DNA of 32,208 nt. Source: Erysipelotrichaceae bacterium (lineage in GTDB: Bacteria > Bacillota_I > Bacilli_A > RFN20 > CAG-449). Position numbers and translations under genes: made by a program. This document shows positions 1 through 9,845 of the stretch, in pieces; the first letter of the stretch is position 1, and every line of letters begins with the position of its first letter. The notes beneath the pieces are model-generated. The model was given only the letters and a program-made list of their open reading frames with translations. It ran no database searches and had not been told where the DNA came from. The stretch is from positions 1 to 32,208 of the forward strand of contig JALFBO010000004.1 in the NCBI GenBank assembly GCA_022772105.1. The letters run 5' to 3'.

Positions 1-1
1 T

Positions 2-340
2 ATGGCTTACAATATAAAAGAGATTACAAGAGAAAAAATAAATGAATTATTAATAAAAGGATATTTAACATTTGAAGTTGTTTATCAAATAAACGATGAA
101 GTGAAAGAAAAAAGAGATATCATGTGTAAAGAAGATGATATCATTTTCTCTAATGGAACTACGATTATTTCTTTAAGTGAGATTTTGCCTGATTCCATTA
201 AAATAGAGATATTTAATCAAGAATTTTACTCAGAAGAAGAGATAGATGATAAAATATCTTCTCATTCAATGTTTGACATTTTACCAAATGGCAATAATAT
301 AAAAATATCATTTAGATATCGGAAAGCAAAAATAAATTAA
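2..340 (+). CDS. Hypothetical protein (112 aa; may be 5'-truncated at the window edge)
   Basis: ORF track; no recognisable motif; upstream context not visible. Confidence 0.55.
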   Translation: MAYNIKEITREKINELLIKGYLTFEVVYQINDEVKEKRDIMCKEDDIIFSNGTTIISLSEILPDSIKIEIFNQEFYSEEEIDDKISSHSMFDILPNGNNIKISFRYRKAKIN

Positions 341-356
341 AAAGCAACAAGATGAG

Positions 357-1280
357 CTATTCATCAAGTTGCTTCTTTTTATCTTTCTTTTTGAATTTAA
401 AGATTTTTTTCTTTTCTTCTTTTTTATTACCAAGCAGTTCATCAATTTCGTTGATTTCTTGTCTTGTTATTTCCGAGGTTGGTTCGCCTAAAAATTCATC
501 TTGAGGTTGATCTAAATTTTGCTCATGAATCAAACGAATTAAATTATCTAATTCTTCATCGCTATATTCTGGCATAAAGGCTTGTTTTGAGTAAATATGA
601 TATGTTTCTTGTCCTACTTGCGATATTAGAAGAAGACATATATTCTTAGTGATTAATGATATGGCAGGATTATAAACTAATTTTTTAAACCAAGTTCCAG
701 GATTTAACGCATTAATAATGGTATGACCCACTTCTACAACTTTATTTAATTTATATTTTTTGGTGGTTTTTACAACAATATTATTTTCCACATTTTGTTT
801 TAGATTTAAAAGTTTAAGAATAGTGGAAAGTTTTAATTTTTTAAACATATTAATCTTAACTTTACTTAGAATGAGTTCTAATTTATCCATGATGTAACGA
901 TCTAAGAGAATGAGTTCTTCGATGGAGAGTTCAGCAAGAGGCTTTTTAGAGTCAGGATAAAAATGAGAAGCGATTTTATTCATCATCTGTATATTGACAT
1001 TTTTGATTGTTTCCCACGATATTCCGTTTTCCTCTTTGCGAAGTTCAATAAATCTATCTTGTGCTTCCTTTATATCTGATTCGACAATTTGTTTCATTTC
1101 TTCGGAAGATATTTTATTGATTTCTCTTCCGACAATAATTGCTTCGTCATCAATCTTTTTTAAGGTGGAAAGAACATAAACTAGCGTTAGAAGAACAACG
1201 CCACAGCATATACCAAAAAGAAAAGTAAAAATACTTGCCCAATTTATTACAAATTTGAATTCAACTACGTAATAGTTCAT
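357..1280 (-). CDS. Hypothetical membrane-anchored protein with an N-terminal TM helix and charged C-terminal tail
   Basis: 307-aa ORF; hydrophobic segment WASIFTFLFGICCGVVLLTLVYVL; AGGAAGGA RBS upstream on the minus strand. Confidence 0.75.
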   Translation of the reverse strand: MNYYVVEFKFVINWASIFTFLFGICCGVVLLTLVYVLSTLKKIDDEAIIVGREINKISSEEMKQIVESDIKEAQDRFIELRKEENGISWETIKNVNIQMMNKIASHFYPDSKKPLAELSIEELILLDRYIMDKLELILSKVKINMFKKLKLSTILKLLNLKQNVENNIVVKTTKKYKLNKVVEVGHTIINALNPGTWFKKLVYNPAISLITKNICLLLISQVGQETYHIYSKQAFMPEYSDEELDNLIRLIHEQNLDQPQDEFLGEPTSEITRQEINEIDELLGNKKEEKKKIFKFKKKDKKKQLDE

Positions 1281-1457
1281 ATTTTTATCCTTCCTAATAC
1301 GAGTATTATATCACTTTAACGCAATCTAATAAAGAATTTGCAAAATTATGCAATCTCTATTTATGAAAAAAAATTATATATTTATGAAAAAGATTAGTAT
1401 TTTAATAATAATAATGTTAATATTACATACGTAAAAATTGAAAGGAAGTAATCTATT

Positions 1458-3176
1458 ATGAAAGCAAGTAAAATGTTAATTGCTACAATGAAAGAAACTC
1501 CTACAGAGGCTCAAATATCGTCTCATATTCTTTTATTGCGTGCAGGCATGATTAGAAAATTAGTTGCAGGAGTATATAATTACTTACCGCTTGGACTTCG
1601 TGTATTAAATAAAGTGGAAAATATTATAAGAGAAGAAATGGATAAAGCAGGGGCTTTAGAAATTTTATCTTCAGCAATGCAACCAAAAGAATTATGGGTT
1701 GAATCTGGAAGATGGCAAAAATATGGTCCAGAATTAATGAGATTTAAAGATCGTAAAGATAATGAGTTTTGCTTAGGACCTACACATGAAGAAATTTTCA
1801 CAGACCTTGTAAGGAATGAAGTTAAATCAAAAAAGAATTTACCATTAAACATTTATCAAATTCAAACTAAGTATCGTGATGAGGTTCGTCCTCGCTTTGG
1901 CCTTATGAGAGGCAGAGAATTTATTATGAAAGATGCTTATTCATTTGATACTTCTGTAGAAGGATTAGATGCATCGTATAAGAATATGTATGATACCTAT
2001 TGTCGTATATTTGATAGATTGCATTTAAATTATAAAATAGTTCTTGCCGATACAGGAGCTATTGGAGGTACAGGTTCTCATCAATTTATGGCTATCTCTG
2101 ATGTTGGGGAATCTGATATTATTTATTGTTCATGCGGTTATGCTGCGGACCAAGAAAAAGCTTCATCTTTATGTGATACTTACAAGAACGATGAAGAAAT
2201 GAAGGAAAAAGAAGAAGTTCTAACTCCAAATCAAAAGAGTATTGAAGAAGTGTCTACCTTCCTAAATTGTTCACCAAAAGATGTATTAAAATCAATTGTA
2301 TATATTGATATGTCTCGCGAAGATAAAAATGTTCCTGTTATGGTTATTGTAAGAGGAGATAGAAGCATAAATGAAATTAAAGTAGTTAACGCATTAAATA
2401 TTGCTGAGCATGAACTTCGTTTAGCAACTGAAAAAGAAATATTAGAAATAGGTTCAGTTGAAGGATTTGTTGGTCCTATCGGCGTAAAAGATGTTGTTAT
2501 CCTTGTTGATGAAGAAGCTTCTAAGATGAAAAATGTTGTCGTAGGTGGTTCTAAGAAAGATACTCATATAAGAAATGTTAATTACGGAAGAGATTTTGAA
2601 GGACAAATTGGACAATTTAGAAATGCTGAAGAAGGTGATATTTGTCCTGTATGTGGTAAAAAATTATCTTTAGAGAGAGGAATTGAAGTAGGACAAATCT
2701 TTAAATTAGGTACTAAATATTCTGCACCTATGCACTGTGAATTCCAAGATGATGATGGAAAGGTAAAACCTATGGTGATGGGATGTTATGGAATTGGTGT
2801 TACAAGAACCATGTCATCAATTATTGAACAATATCATGACGAATATGGTATCAAATGGCCACTTAACGTTGCTCCTTATCATGCGGTGGTAGTTCCAGTA
2901 TCTTATCAAGATGAATGCCAAAAAGAAGCTGCAGAAAATATTTATAAACAATTAATGAACAATAAGGTTGAAGTTGTTCTTGATGATAGAAATGCAAAAC
3001 CAGGATTTAAATTCAAAGATTGGGAGTTAATTGGTATACCTTACATGATTATTGTTGGAAGAAGAGCAAACGAAGGCATTTGCGAACTTAAGAATCGTCA
3101 GACTTTACAAAAGCAAGAATTGACTTTTGAACAAGCGGTGAAAGTTATTGTAGATGAAGTTAAATCTCTTAGTTAA
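1458..3176 (+). CDS. proS: Proline--tRNA ligase, bacterial type with insertion (editing) domain
   Basis: Motifs LGPTHEE, QIQTKYRDEVRPRFGLMRGREFIMKDAYSF, GIEVGQIFKLG, MGCYGIGVTR; C-terminal anticodon-binding domain; AAAGGAAG RBS. Confidence 0.98.
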   Translation: MKASKMLIATMKETPTEAQISSHILLLRAGMIRKLVAGVYNYLPLGLRVLNKVENIIREEMDKAGALEILSSAMQPKELWVESGRWQKYGPELMRFKDRKDNEFCLGPTHEEIFTDLVRNEVKSKKNLPLNIYQIQTKYRDEVRPRFGLMRGREFIMKDAYSFDTSVEGLDASYKNMYDTYCRIFDRLHLNYKIVLADTGAIGGTGSHQFMAISDVGESDIIYCSCGYAADQEKASSLCDTYKNDEEMKEKEEVLTPNQKSIEEVSTFLNCSPKDVLKSIVYIDMSREDKNVPVMVIVRGDRSINEIKVVNALNIAEHELRLATEKEILEIGSVEGFVGPIGVKDVVILVDEEASKMKNVVVGGSKKDTHIRNVNYGRDFEGQIGQFRNAEEGDICPVCGKKLSLERGIEVGQIFKLGTKYSAPMHCEFQDDDGKVKPMVMGCYGIGVTRTMSSIIEQYHDEYGIKWPLNVAPYHAVVVPVSYQDECQKEAAENIYKQLMNNKVEVVLDDRNAKPGFKFKDWELIGIPYMIIVGRRANEGICELKNRQTLQKQELTFEQAVKVIVDEVKSLS

Positions 3177-3302
3177 TTTGCTTAGATTTTTAAGATAAAG
3201 GGCTTTGACTAATAATTTATGTAATAAATTAAAATTTAAAGTAGATTTTTAGTTAAGATTTTTGTATTATTAAAAAAGGTATCGTGTGAAGAAGGTGAAT
3301 TG

Positions 3303-4235
3303 ATGGAGAAATTTGTCGAAATGACCTTTATATTCTTTATTGGTTCATTATCGGGTTGGACATTAGAATTATTCTTTAGAAGATTTGTTTCTCAAAAAAG
3401 ATGGGTTAATCCTGGATTTCTAAACGGTCCATATCTTCCTTTATATGGATTTGGCTTATTAGGTCTATATCTTGTTTGTCGAATCGATTTATCCAGGTTT
3501 AATTTAGTATCTACCTGGGAAGTGTTTATTAAGATGATGATTATTCTTGTCTTAATGACTTTAATTGAATATATCGCTGGTTTAATTTTTATTAAAGGTA
3601 TGAAAATTAAATTATGGGATTATTCATCGCAATGGGGAAATGTTCAAGGAATTATTTGTCCTTTATTTTCTCTAATGTGGGGTGTGATAGGACTTATTTA
3701 CTATCTGTTTATTGACCCACGAATTGTTGATGGCGTTATTTGGCTATCAAAAAACTTGGCTTTCTCATTTGTGATTGGCGTATTATGTGGCATCTTTCTT
3801 ATCGATGTTTGCAAATCATTTAATATCGCTAGTAAAATCAGAAAAGTAGCAGTTAAGGAACATGCGATTATCGCTTTTGAAAAATTTAAAGTAATCGTAC
3901 AAGAAAGAGAAAAGAAGCTTGCCAAAAAAGTTTCCTTCTTTGTACCTTTTAAATCAAGCGAATCAATCAACGATATTTTAACTGATTACATCAAAAATGG
4001 TAAAACTAAATTTGTAGATTTAATTACTATCACAGAGGAAGAAGCTGATAAACTCTCTATTGTAGGGTTTGTATGTTCTTGTTTAGGTTTAAACTTTGTT
4101 TCTTTACTGATATGTATTGGTGGAAGTAAATCTACTAAAAACAAGAAACTATGGATAAGTGGAATTATTATTTCTACTATTGAGATTATTGTCATTGTTG
4201 TATTATTATTTTTATATGGATTTAAATTAATTTAG
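3303..4235 (+). CDS. Putative ABC transporter permease (CmpB/TMEM229-like) with extra C-terminal TM hairpin
   Basis: Motifs GWTLE, NPGFLNGPYLPLYGFG, LWDYS..GNVQGIICPLFSLMWG; ATG at 3303 (TTG 3300 in track) after GAAGGTG. Confidence 0.8.
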   Translation: MEKFVEMTFIFFIGSLSGWTLELFFRRFVSQKRWVNPGFLNGPYLPLYGFGLLGLYLVCRIDLSRFNLVSTWEVFIKMMIILVLMTLIEYIAGLIFIKGMKIKLWDYSSQWGNVQGIICPLFSLMWGVIGLIYYLFIDPRIVDGVIWLSKNLAFSFVIGVLCGIFLIDVCKSFNIASKIRKVAVKEHAIIAFEKFKVIVQEREKKLAKKVSFFVPFKSSESINDILTDYIKNGKTKFVDLITITEEEADKLSIVGFVCSCLGLNFVSLLICIGGSKSTKNKKLWISGIIISTIEIIVIVVLLFLYGFKLI

Positions 4236-4251
4236 AAAGGAAGTGGAGTAA

Positions 4252-5151
4252 ATGTTAAATTTTATTTATGTAAATAAATTTATAGCTAAATATTTTCAAT
4301 CTTCAGAAAATATTGATTACGAGCATCCTTCTAAAAATATAAACCCTGATTCTCCAAATTATCGTGTTATGCTTGAAGCTATTGATTATATCGATAATAT
4401 GGAAAGAGAATTAGTTAATGTTGTATCTAGTGATAAAACAAAATTATTTGCAAGATACTTTAATAATGATTCGGATAAAACAGTTATTTTATTCCATGAT
4501 GTAAATCATGATCCAATTACTCAATTCTGCTGTCATATCAATTATTTCTTCAATGAAGGTTACAATGTTTTAGTCCCATATATGAGAGGACATTTCTTAT
4601 CTAAAGCTAAATATCATTCTTATGGATATTTAGAAAGTAATGATGTTGCTTCTTGGGTTGAATGGACTAATAAACGTGTAGGAACAAACGGATCGATCTT
4701 TTTGGTTGGTATTGGAGTGGGAGCAAACGCTATTTGTATGTACAGTGCTATGGATGTTCCATCTAATGTAAAGAGATTACTTTTAGATTCACCATTCTTA
4801 TCTTTAAAAGATTTTGTTGATGAGATTATTGAAAGCGACAATATTAAGGATGAAGATGGAATGAAGCTTGACATATATAAATCAATAGAAAAGAATCTTG
4901 GTTTCAATATTGTAAAATCAACATGTATCATTCCTATTAAAAAGTGTAAACTACCAGTTTACTTTTCTTGTTTAGAAAGAGAGGGAAGTAAAGTATCCAT
5001 CTATACGCAAACTCTTGCTGCATTCTGTCCAACAACAGTTGATACATTAATACTACCATGTTCAGAATTTGATTCTGATCAAACATATTTTGCAAATCGT
5101 GTTGCATATAATAAATTCTTAAAGAAGTTTGTTAGTGAAAAGGGTAAGTAA
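4252..5151 (+). CDS. Alpha/beta-hydrolase-fold protein, apparently lacking the catalytic serine
   Basis: KTVILFH, GYNVLVPYMRGHFLS, SYGYLESNDV..WV, LLLDSPF; nucleophile elbow reads GIGVG rather than GxSxG. Confidence 0.75.
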   Translation: MLNFIYVNKFIAKYFQSSENIDYEHPSKNINPDSPNYRVMLEAIDYIDNMERELVNVVSSDKTKLFARYFNNDSDKTVILFHDVNHDPITQFCCHINYFFNEGYNVLVPYMRGHFLSKAKYHSYGYLESNDVASWVEWTNKRVGTNGSIFLVGIGVGANAICMYSAMDVPSNVKRLLLDSPFLSLKDFVDEIIESDNIKDEDGMKLDIYKSIEKNLGFNIVKSTCIIPIKKCKLPVYFSCLEREGSKVSIYTQTLAAFCPTTVDTLILPCSEFDSDQTYFANRVAYNKFLKKFVSEKGK

Positions 5152-5626
5152 TCATTTAATCCCTCCATTAATTAATAACGCTTCGAAAATACTTATATTA
5201 GGCTCTTTTCCAAGCGTTAAGTCTATGGAAAAGGGTTTTTATTATATGCATTCACAGAATCGATTCTATCAAGTATTAGATGCGATATTTGACGAAAATA
5301 TGTATCAAGGATCTATTGAATTAAAAAAAGAGACTTTGTTGCAGCTAAGGATTGCTTTGTACGATTCAATTGAATCATGTTCATTAAGTGGATCTAGTGA
5401 TGCCTCTATAAAAGATGTTGTTCCTGCCGCTATTAAGGAACTTATTAAAGGTTCTTCTATTAAACACATTTTTCTAAACGGAAAAAAATCTTATGATATT
5501 TTTATTAAATATCATAGTGAACTAAAAGATATAGCTACTTATCTTCCTTCTACTAGTGCAGCGAATGCTAGATATAGTTTAAAAATGCTAGTAGATGAAT
5601 GGAAAGTGATTAAAGATTATTTATAG
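5129..5626 (+). CDS. DNA-deoxyinosine glycosylase (uracil-DNA glycosylase superfamily)
   Basis: ILILGSFPSVKS, GFYYMHSQNRF, IFLNGKKS, LPSTSAANAR; start may be GTG 5135; overlaps upstream ORF. Confidence 0.88.
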   Translation: MLVKRVSNHLIPPLINNASKILILGSFPSVKSMEKGFYYMHSQNRFYQVLDAIFDENMYQGSIELKKETLLQLRIALYDSIESCSLSGSSDASIKDVVPAAIKELIKGSSIKHIFLNGKKSYDIFIKYHSELKDIATYLPSTSAANARYSLKMLVDEWKVIKDYL

Positions 5627-5640
5627 AAAGAGGAGAGAAA

Positions 5641-6210
5641 ATGAAAAAAGATCTTATTAAAAAATTAGTTCTTCCTTTATCTTATGTGATAATGGGTATA
5701 TTATTTTGTATTTTTAAATCAGTTGTATCAGAATGGATATGTCGAGTAATTGGTATAATAATTACTCTATACGGAAGTATAAATCTAGTGCAAGATTTGA
5801 AAAATAAGAATGCAAATCTATATTTAACAGGAGATGTGGTAACGATTGGCTTTGGTGCCTTAATTATCGTATTATCATTTGTTATTGTAACAGTGATAAA
5901 CATCTTATTAGGTGTTGTATTTATCATTTATGGATGCTATAAAATAGCCTTTGGTCAAATGGTAGGAAAAATTTCTAAATCAACCCTAATAATTGCATTA
6001 ATTGATGGAGCTTTATACCTAGTTATTGGTATTTTATTGATTATTAATTCCGATTCTATTTATATTATTTTGGGTGTTATCTTAATGGTTGCAGGAATTA
6101 TTGATCTAATTCAAATAATGAGCGCTAAAGGTCCATTTAATGAAAGTAAAACATCTTCAAAAGATGTTCTTGATGTAGAAGTTAAAGTGATAGATGATGA
6201 GGAGAAATAA
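5641..6210 (+). CDS. HdeD/DUF308-like multi-pass membrane protein
   Basis: About six hydrophobic helices in repeated G-containing pairs; GAGGAG RBS. Confidence 0.7.
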   Translation: MKKDLIKKLVLPLSYVIMGILFCIFKSVVSEWICRVIGIIITLYGSINLVQDLKNKNANLYLTGDVVTIGFGALIIVLSFVIVTVINILLGVVFIIYGCYKIAFGQMVGKISKSTLIIALIDGALYLVIGILLIINSDSIYIILGVILMVAGIIDLIQIMSAKGPFNESKTSSKDVLDVEVKVIDDEEK

Positions 6211-6225
6211 CACTCTCCTTTTTTT
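6200..6225 (+). terminator. Weak rho-independent terminator candidate
   Basis: AGGAG-N10-CTCCT followed by a T run, overlapping the stop codon. Confidence 0.45.
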
Positions 6226-6254
6226 ATTTACAAAAATTTTATTTTTAAAATGGA

Positions 6255-6283
6255 TTGAAACCATATTTTTATAATGTTATTAT
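6255..6283 (+). promoter_or_regulatory. Sigma-A promoter candidate for the hybrid kinase
   Basis: TTGAAA-17 nt-TATTAT with TGn extension. Confidence 0.55.
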
Positions 6284-6352
6284 ATACTTAGTTGTGGGGT
6301 AAATATTGTAATTAACCTTGATTATAATGCGATTCAAAAGGGGGTATTTATT

Positions 6353-7678
6353 TTGAAAAATAAAATTATATACGGAACAGTTAATGTTTTATTACTTGCT
6401 TTGATTACAACTTGTTCTCTTGTTAACTTTAGCGGAAATTTTATTGTTGTTATATTAGGTGCTTTTCTTCTAGTGGGTTTTAATATATTATCTTTATTTT
6501 TAATGAAGAAAAATCTTGCTATCAAAGTTGAGAAAGCAGAAAAAGAAAATTTGCGTAAATCCGATTTCTTATTTGCTATGTCTCATAGTATTCGTACTCC
6601 AATGAACGCAGGTGTAGGCATGACCAAAATTGCACGTGATCATATTGAGGACAAAAATATCGTTAACGATTGTTTAAGAAAAATCGATTTATCTGGTAGA
6701 AACTTAGTAAGTTTAGTCAACGATATTATCGACTTTTCAAAGGTTGAAAAAGGAAAATATCAACTTTCAAATTCTGTGTTCTCAATTGAAGAACAATTAG
6801 AATATATTAAGATGATTCTTGGTAATGGCTTTGAAGAAAAAGGTATCAAAGTAACATTCGATACAACAAAAGCAAAATATGATTCTATATTTACAGACGA
6901 ATTAAGATTAAATCAAATTTTATTAACTATTATTAATAATGCTATTGATTACAATCGAAAAGATGGTTTAGTCAACGTAGTGGTTGAAGAGATAGAAATA
7001 CCAAATAGAGAAGATAAAGTAGATTTAGTATATAAGATTTCTGATACTGGTATCGGTATGAGCAAAGAATTTATTGCTAGAATATTCGATCCATATTCTC
7101 GTGAAGTAGATACACGTATCGATAGAGTTAATGGTTCAGGCCTTGGTTTAGCTATTAGCAAAAATTTAATCGACTTACTAGGAGGTACTATCGAAGTTAA
7201 ATCAGAAGTTGGCAAAGGTTCTGAGTTTACTGTCAAACTTGAAGTTGAAATCGGTGGTAATGTCATTCATAAAGAAGAAGAAAAAGATACAATTAAGTTT
7301 AAAAATATGCATATCCTAGCAGTGGAAGATAATGAACTTAATTATGAAATCTTAAGTAAGACTCTAGAACAATACGGTATCACTATGGATCATGCTGAAA
7401 ATGGTGAACAAGCAGTAGAAATTATGTCTAACGCAAAACCAAATCAATATAAACTGATTTTAATGGATATTGAAATGCCTAAGATGAATGGCTATGAAGC
7501 AACAAGAGCTATTAGAAAATTAGCAAATGCTAAAGTGGCTTCCACTCCAATTTATGCACTTACTGCTGATGCATTCTCAGAAGATATTAAAAAGGCTAAA
7601 GAAGCTGGAATGAACGGTCATATCTCTAAACCAGTAGATTTTAATAAAGTTATCGCAGTTATTAAAAAGAATAAGTAA
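6353..7678 (+). CDS. Hybrid sensor histidine kinase/receiver protein
   Basis: Two N-terminal TM helices; H-box MSHSIRTPMNA; N-box QILLTIINNAID; G1 DTGIGM; G2 GSGLGLAI; receiver VEDNELN...LMDIEMPKMNG...KP; TTG start. Confidence 0.93.
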   Translation: MKNKIIYGTVNVLLLALITTCSLVNFSGNFIVVILGAFLLVGFNILSLFLMKKNLAIKVEKAEKENLRKSDFLFAMSHSIRTPMNAGVGMTKIARDHIEDKNIVNDCLRKIDLSGRNLVSLVNDIIDFSKVEKGKYQLSNSVFSIEEQLEYIKMILGNGFEEKGIKVTFDTTKAKYDSIFTDELRLNQILLTIINNAIDYNRKDGLVNVVVEEIEIPNREDKVDLVYKISDTGIGMSKEFIARIFDPYSREVDTRIDRVNGSGLGLAISKNLIDLLGGTIEVKSEVGKGSEFTVKLEVEIGGNVIHKEEEKDTIKFKNMHILAVEDNELNYEILSKTLEQYGITMDHAENGEQAVEIMSNAKPNQYKLILMDIEMPKMNGYEATRAIRKLANAKVASTPIYALTADAFSEDIKKAKEAGMNGHISKPVDFNKVIAVIKKNK

Positions 7679-7682
7679 AAAT

Positions 7683-7720
7683 AAAATATCTCCTACAAAA
7701 TAAGTAAGAGATATTTTTTT
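7683..7720. terminator. Bidirectional terminator between convergent kinase and Hpt genes
   Basis: AAAATATCTC...GAGATATTTT inverted repeat flanked by A and T runs. Confidence 0.7.
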
Positions 7721-8072
7721 ATTGATTTATGTATTCTCTAATGGAAGAACATGTTAGTTCATATTGAGCAGTAGTCTCATCTACTAGATGTTGAGGAGCT
7801 GGACCTACACCTCCTCTTAAAGCTTCAGTAAGTTCCATTATTGGTTTAAGTAATCCATCTAAACATAGATTTAAACATAAACCTTTAAGGGTATGAGCAG
7901 CTCGGAAAGCTTCTTCATAGTTCTTATCATTAAGTGAACTAATTAATAAATTGTAAGATGGATCATCTAAAAATTTTCTAATAAAGCGGTCGACAATTTT
8001 ATCCATCATCAATCTTGATAATACTAGTTTATAGTCACCACCAAATTTATTGTAGCATTCTTCTAAAGTCAT
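7719..8072 (-). CDS. Stand-alone Hpt (histidine phosphotransfer) domain protein
   Basis: AFRAAHTLKGLCLNL motif; AAAGGGG RBS. Confidence 0.9.
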   Translation of the reverse strand: MTLEECYNKFGGDYKLVLSRLMMDKIVDRFIRKFLDDPSYNLLISSLNDKNYEEAFRAAHTLKGLCLNLCLDGLLKPIMELTEALRGGVGPAPQHLVDETTAQYELTCSSIREYINQ

Positions 8073-8093
8073 TTGAGTATCCCCTTTTTTATT

Positions 8094-8122
8094 ATTATAA
8101 TATTTGGTGAGGTAGATTTCAA
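8094..8122 (-). promoter_or_regulatory. Sigma-A promoter for the Hpt gene
   Basis: Minus strand TTGAAA-17 nt-TATAAT. Confidence 0.65.
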
Positions 8123-8133
8123 TAAATATCCTA

Positions 8134-8148
8134 CATTGATCAGTTTCC
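8134..8148 (+). repeat. Left target-site direct repeat of the IS30-family element
   Basis: CATTGATCAGTTTCC is identical at 9846-9860 (16 bp if the following T is included). Confidence 0.9.
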
Positions 8149-9845
8149 TGTTAATTTAACAACTAAATGCAACAAAGTAAATAATATAATCGTTGCGACT
8201 CGTTGCAATTACATTTTAAATTTGATTTATAATAAAATTGCCTTCTTCGAAAAGGAAGGAGTGTTGCATTATGAAGAAGGGATTAAAACAATTAAATACA
8301 ATTCAAAGAGCCAAATTACAAACATTATTAAAGGTCAAAAAATCATTACAAGAGATATCTGATGAATTAGGTGTTTCAAGACAAACTTTATATAGAGAAA
8401 TACTTAGAAATTCATATCATGTTTCGAAAGATACTTTGTATGTTAAATCTTCTTGCATTCATTATTTAGAATGCCTTAAAGGTCAATCAAGACTCAAATT
8501 TGCATGTCCTAATAATTGCATCAAATATGAACCTGGAAGGCAAGATTGTTTAAAGAAATATCCATTTACATGCAATAATTGTCGTAAGAAAGCTAAATGT
8601 ACTTTCTTACATTATTATTACGATCCAGAGAAGGCTTCTAATGAATATCATTTAAGACTTCAATGTGCAAATGATGGGCCTAAGACAAAAGAAGCAGATA
8701 TAAAGAAAATCGATAAAATAGTTTCTCCTTTAGTAAAAAAGGTCAATCAGTAGAAGCAATATTAATGAATCATCCAGAAATAAATGTATCAGCTTTAACT
8801 ATACGAAATTGGATTGCAAAAGGAATACTTAATTGTAAATTATCAGAACTAAGAATGACAGGAAGAAGAAAACCATCATCAAGTTATAATTATTCCAAAA
8901 AACATGATTATACTATTCTATCTTCAAAGAAGATAGGCCATAAATATACAGACTATCGTCTATATATGAGTGAGCATCCAAACGCACTTGTAATCCAATT
9001 AGATACGGTTATTGGTTGTATCGATGGTAAATACAGTGTTTTAACAATTCATATTGTTAATTATAGGTTTCAATTTGGAATTTTGTTAGAAGCTCATACT
9101 AAAGATGAAGTATTTAAGAAATTATCAGAATTATTCGCTTCTATGAAAGAAATTGAAACTGCTGATGGTATGCCTTTTTATTCAACTTTTACTGAAGTTA
9201 TTTTAACCGATAATGGGCCTGAATTTGATGCCTTGCTTAATTTTTGTGATCAAGATTCTAACATTCATGTTTTCTATTGTCATCCTCTTTCATCATTTGA
9301 AAAAGGGGCATGTGAAAGAAACCATGTTCTAGTTAGATATATCCAATACAAAGGATGGACGTTTGATGGAATGAATCAAGATGATATTCAAAAATTATTT
9401 TCCAATATTAATTCTTATCCAAGAAAATCATTAAATGGAAAAACTCCTTACCAATGTGTTGAAGAAGATACGCGTTTTGGTAAAGAGTTTCTGGATCTTA
9501 TTGGAATAAATAAGATTCCTTGTGATGATGTTATTTTAAATCCATCATTACTTAAGTCAATCAAGAAATAATTATATCCATTTTTATTTCTTAATTTAGT
9601 AGTCCGAAGAAGGCAAATAACCTATATACTCGTTGCATTTAGTTAAAAAAATTGTATTTTTAACTAATTCTTTTAAGTTGCGCTTCTTCAACTAATATTA
9701 TAATTCATACGACGAAATTTGAAACATATTTATTTTTTCATATTAATTTTTTATTTTTTTTCTTGTTTTTACACATAAAAATTGCTATTTCGAAAAAACT
9801 TCAATTATATTATTTACTTTGTTGCATTTAGTTGTTTAATTAACC
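8149..9845 (+). mobile_element. IS30-family insertion sequence (~1.7 kb)
   Basis: 41-bp terminal inverted repeats 8150-8190 and 9804-9844 (40/41 match), flanking 15-16-bp direct repeats, and a DDE transposase inside. Left boundary is 8149 or 8150. Confidence 0.92.
8271..9571 (+). CDS. IS30-family transposase split over two frames (-1 frameshift at 8735-8741; programmed shift, mutation or sequencing error)
   Basis: HTH (LQEISDELGVSRQTLYREILRN) and Cys-rich segment in ORF1. DDE motifs QLDTVIG, LTDNGPEF and EKGACERNH, plus INSYPRKSLNGKTP, in ORF2. A -1 shift at GTA AAA AAG gives continuous ...LVKKGQSVEAILMNHPE. ATG 8271 follows AAGGAAGGAG. Confidence 0.88.

Noticed and set aside
1281-1457. T-box upstream of proS; repeated TTTATGAAAAA
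   Set aside because: No TGGNACC motif; the repeat is short, low-complexity AT-rich sequence in a divergent promoter region.
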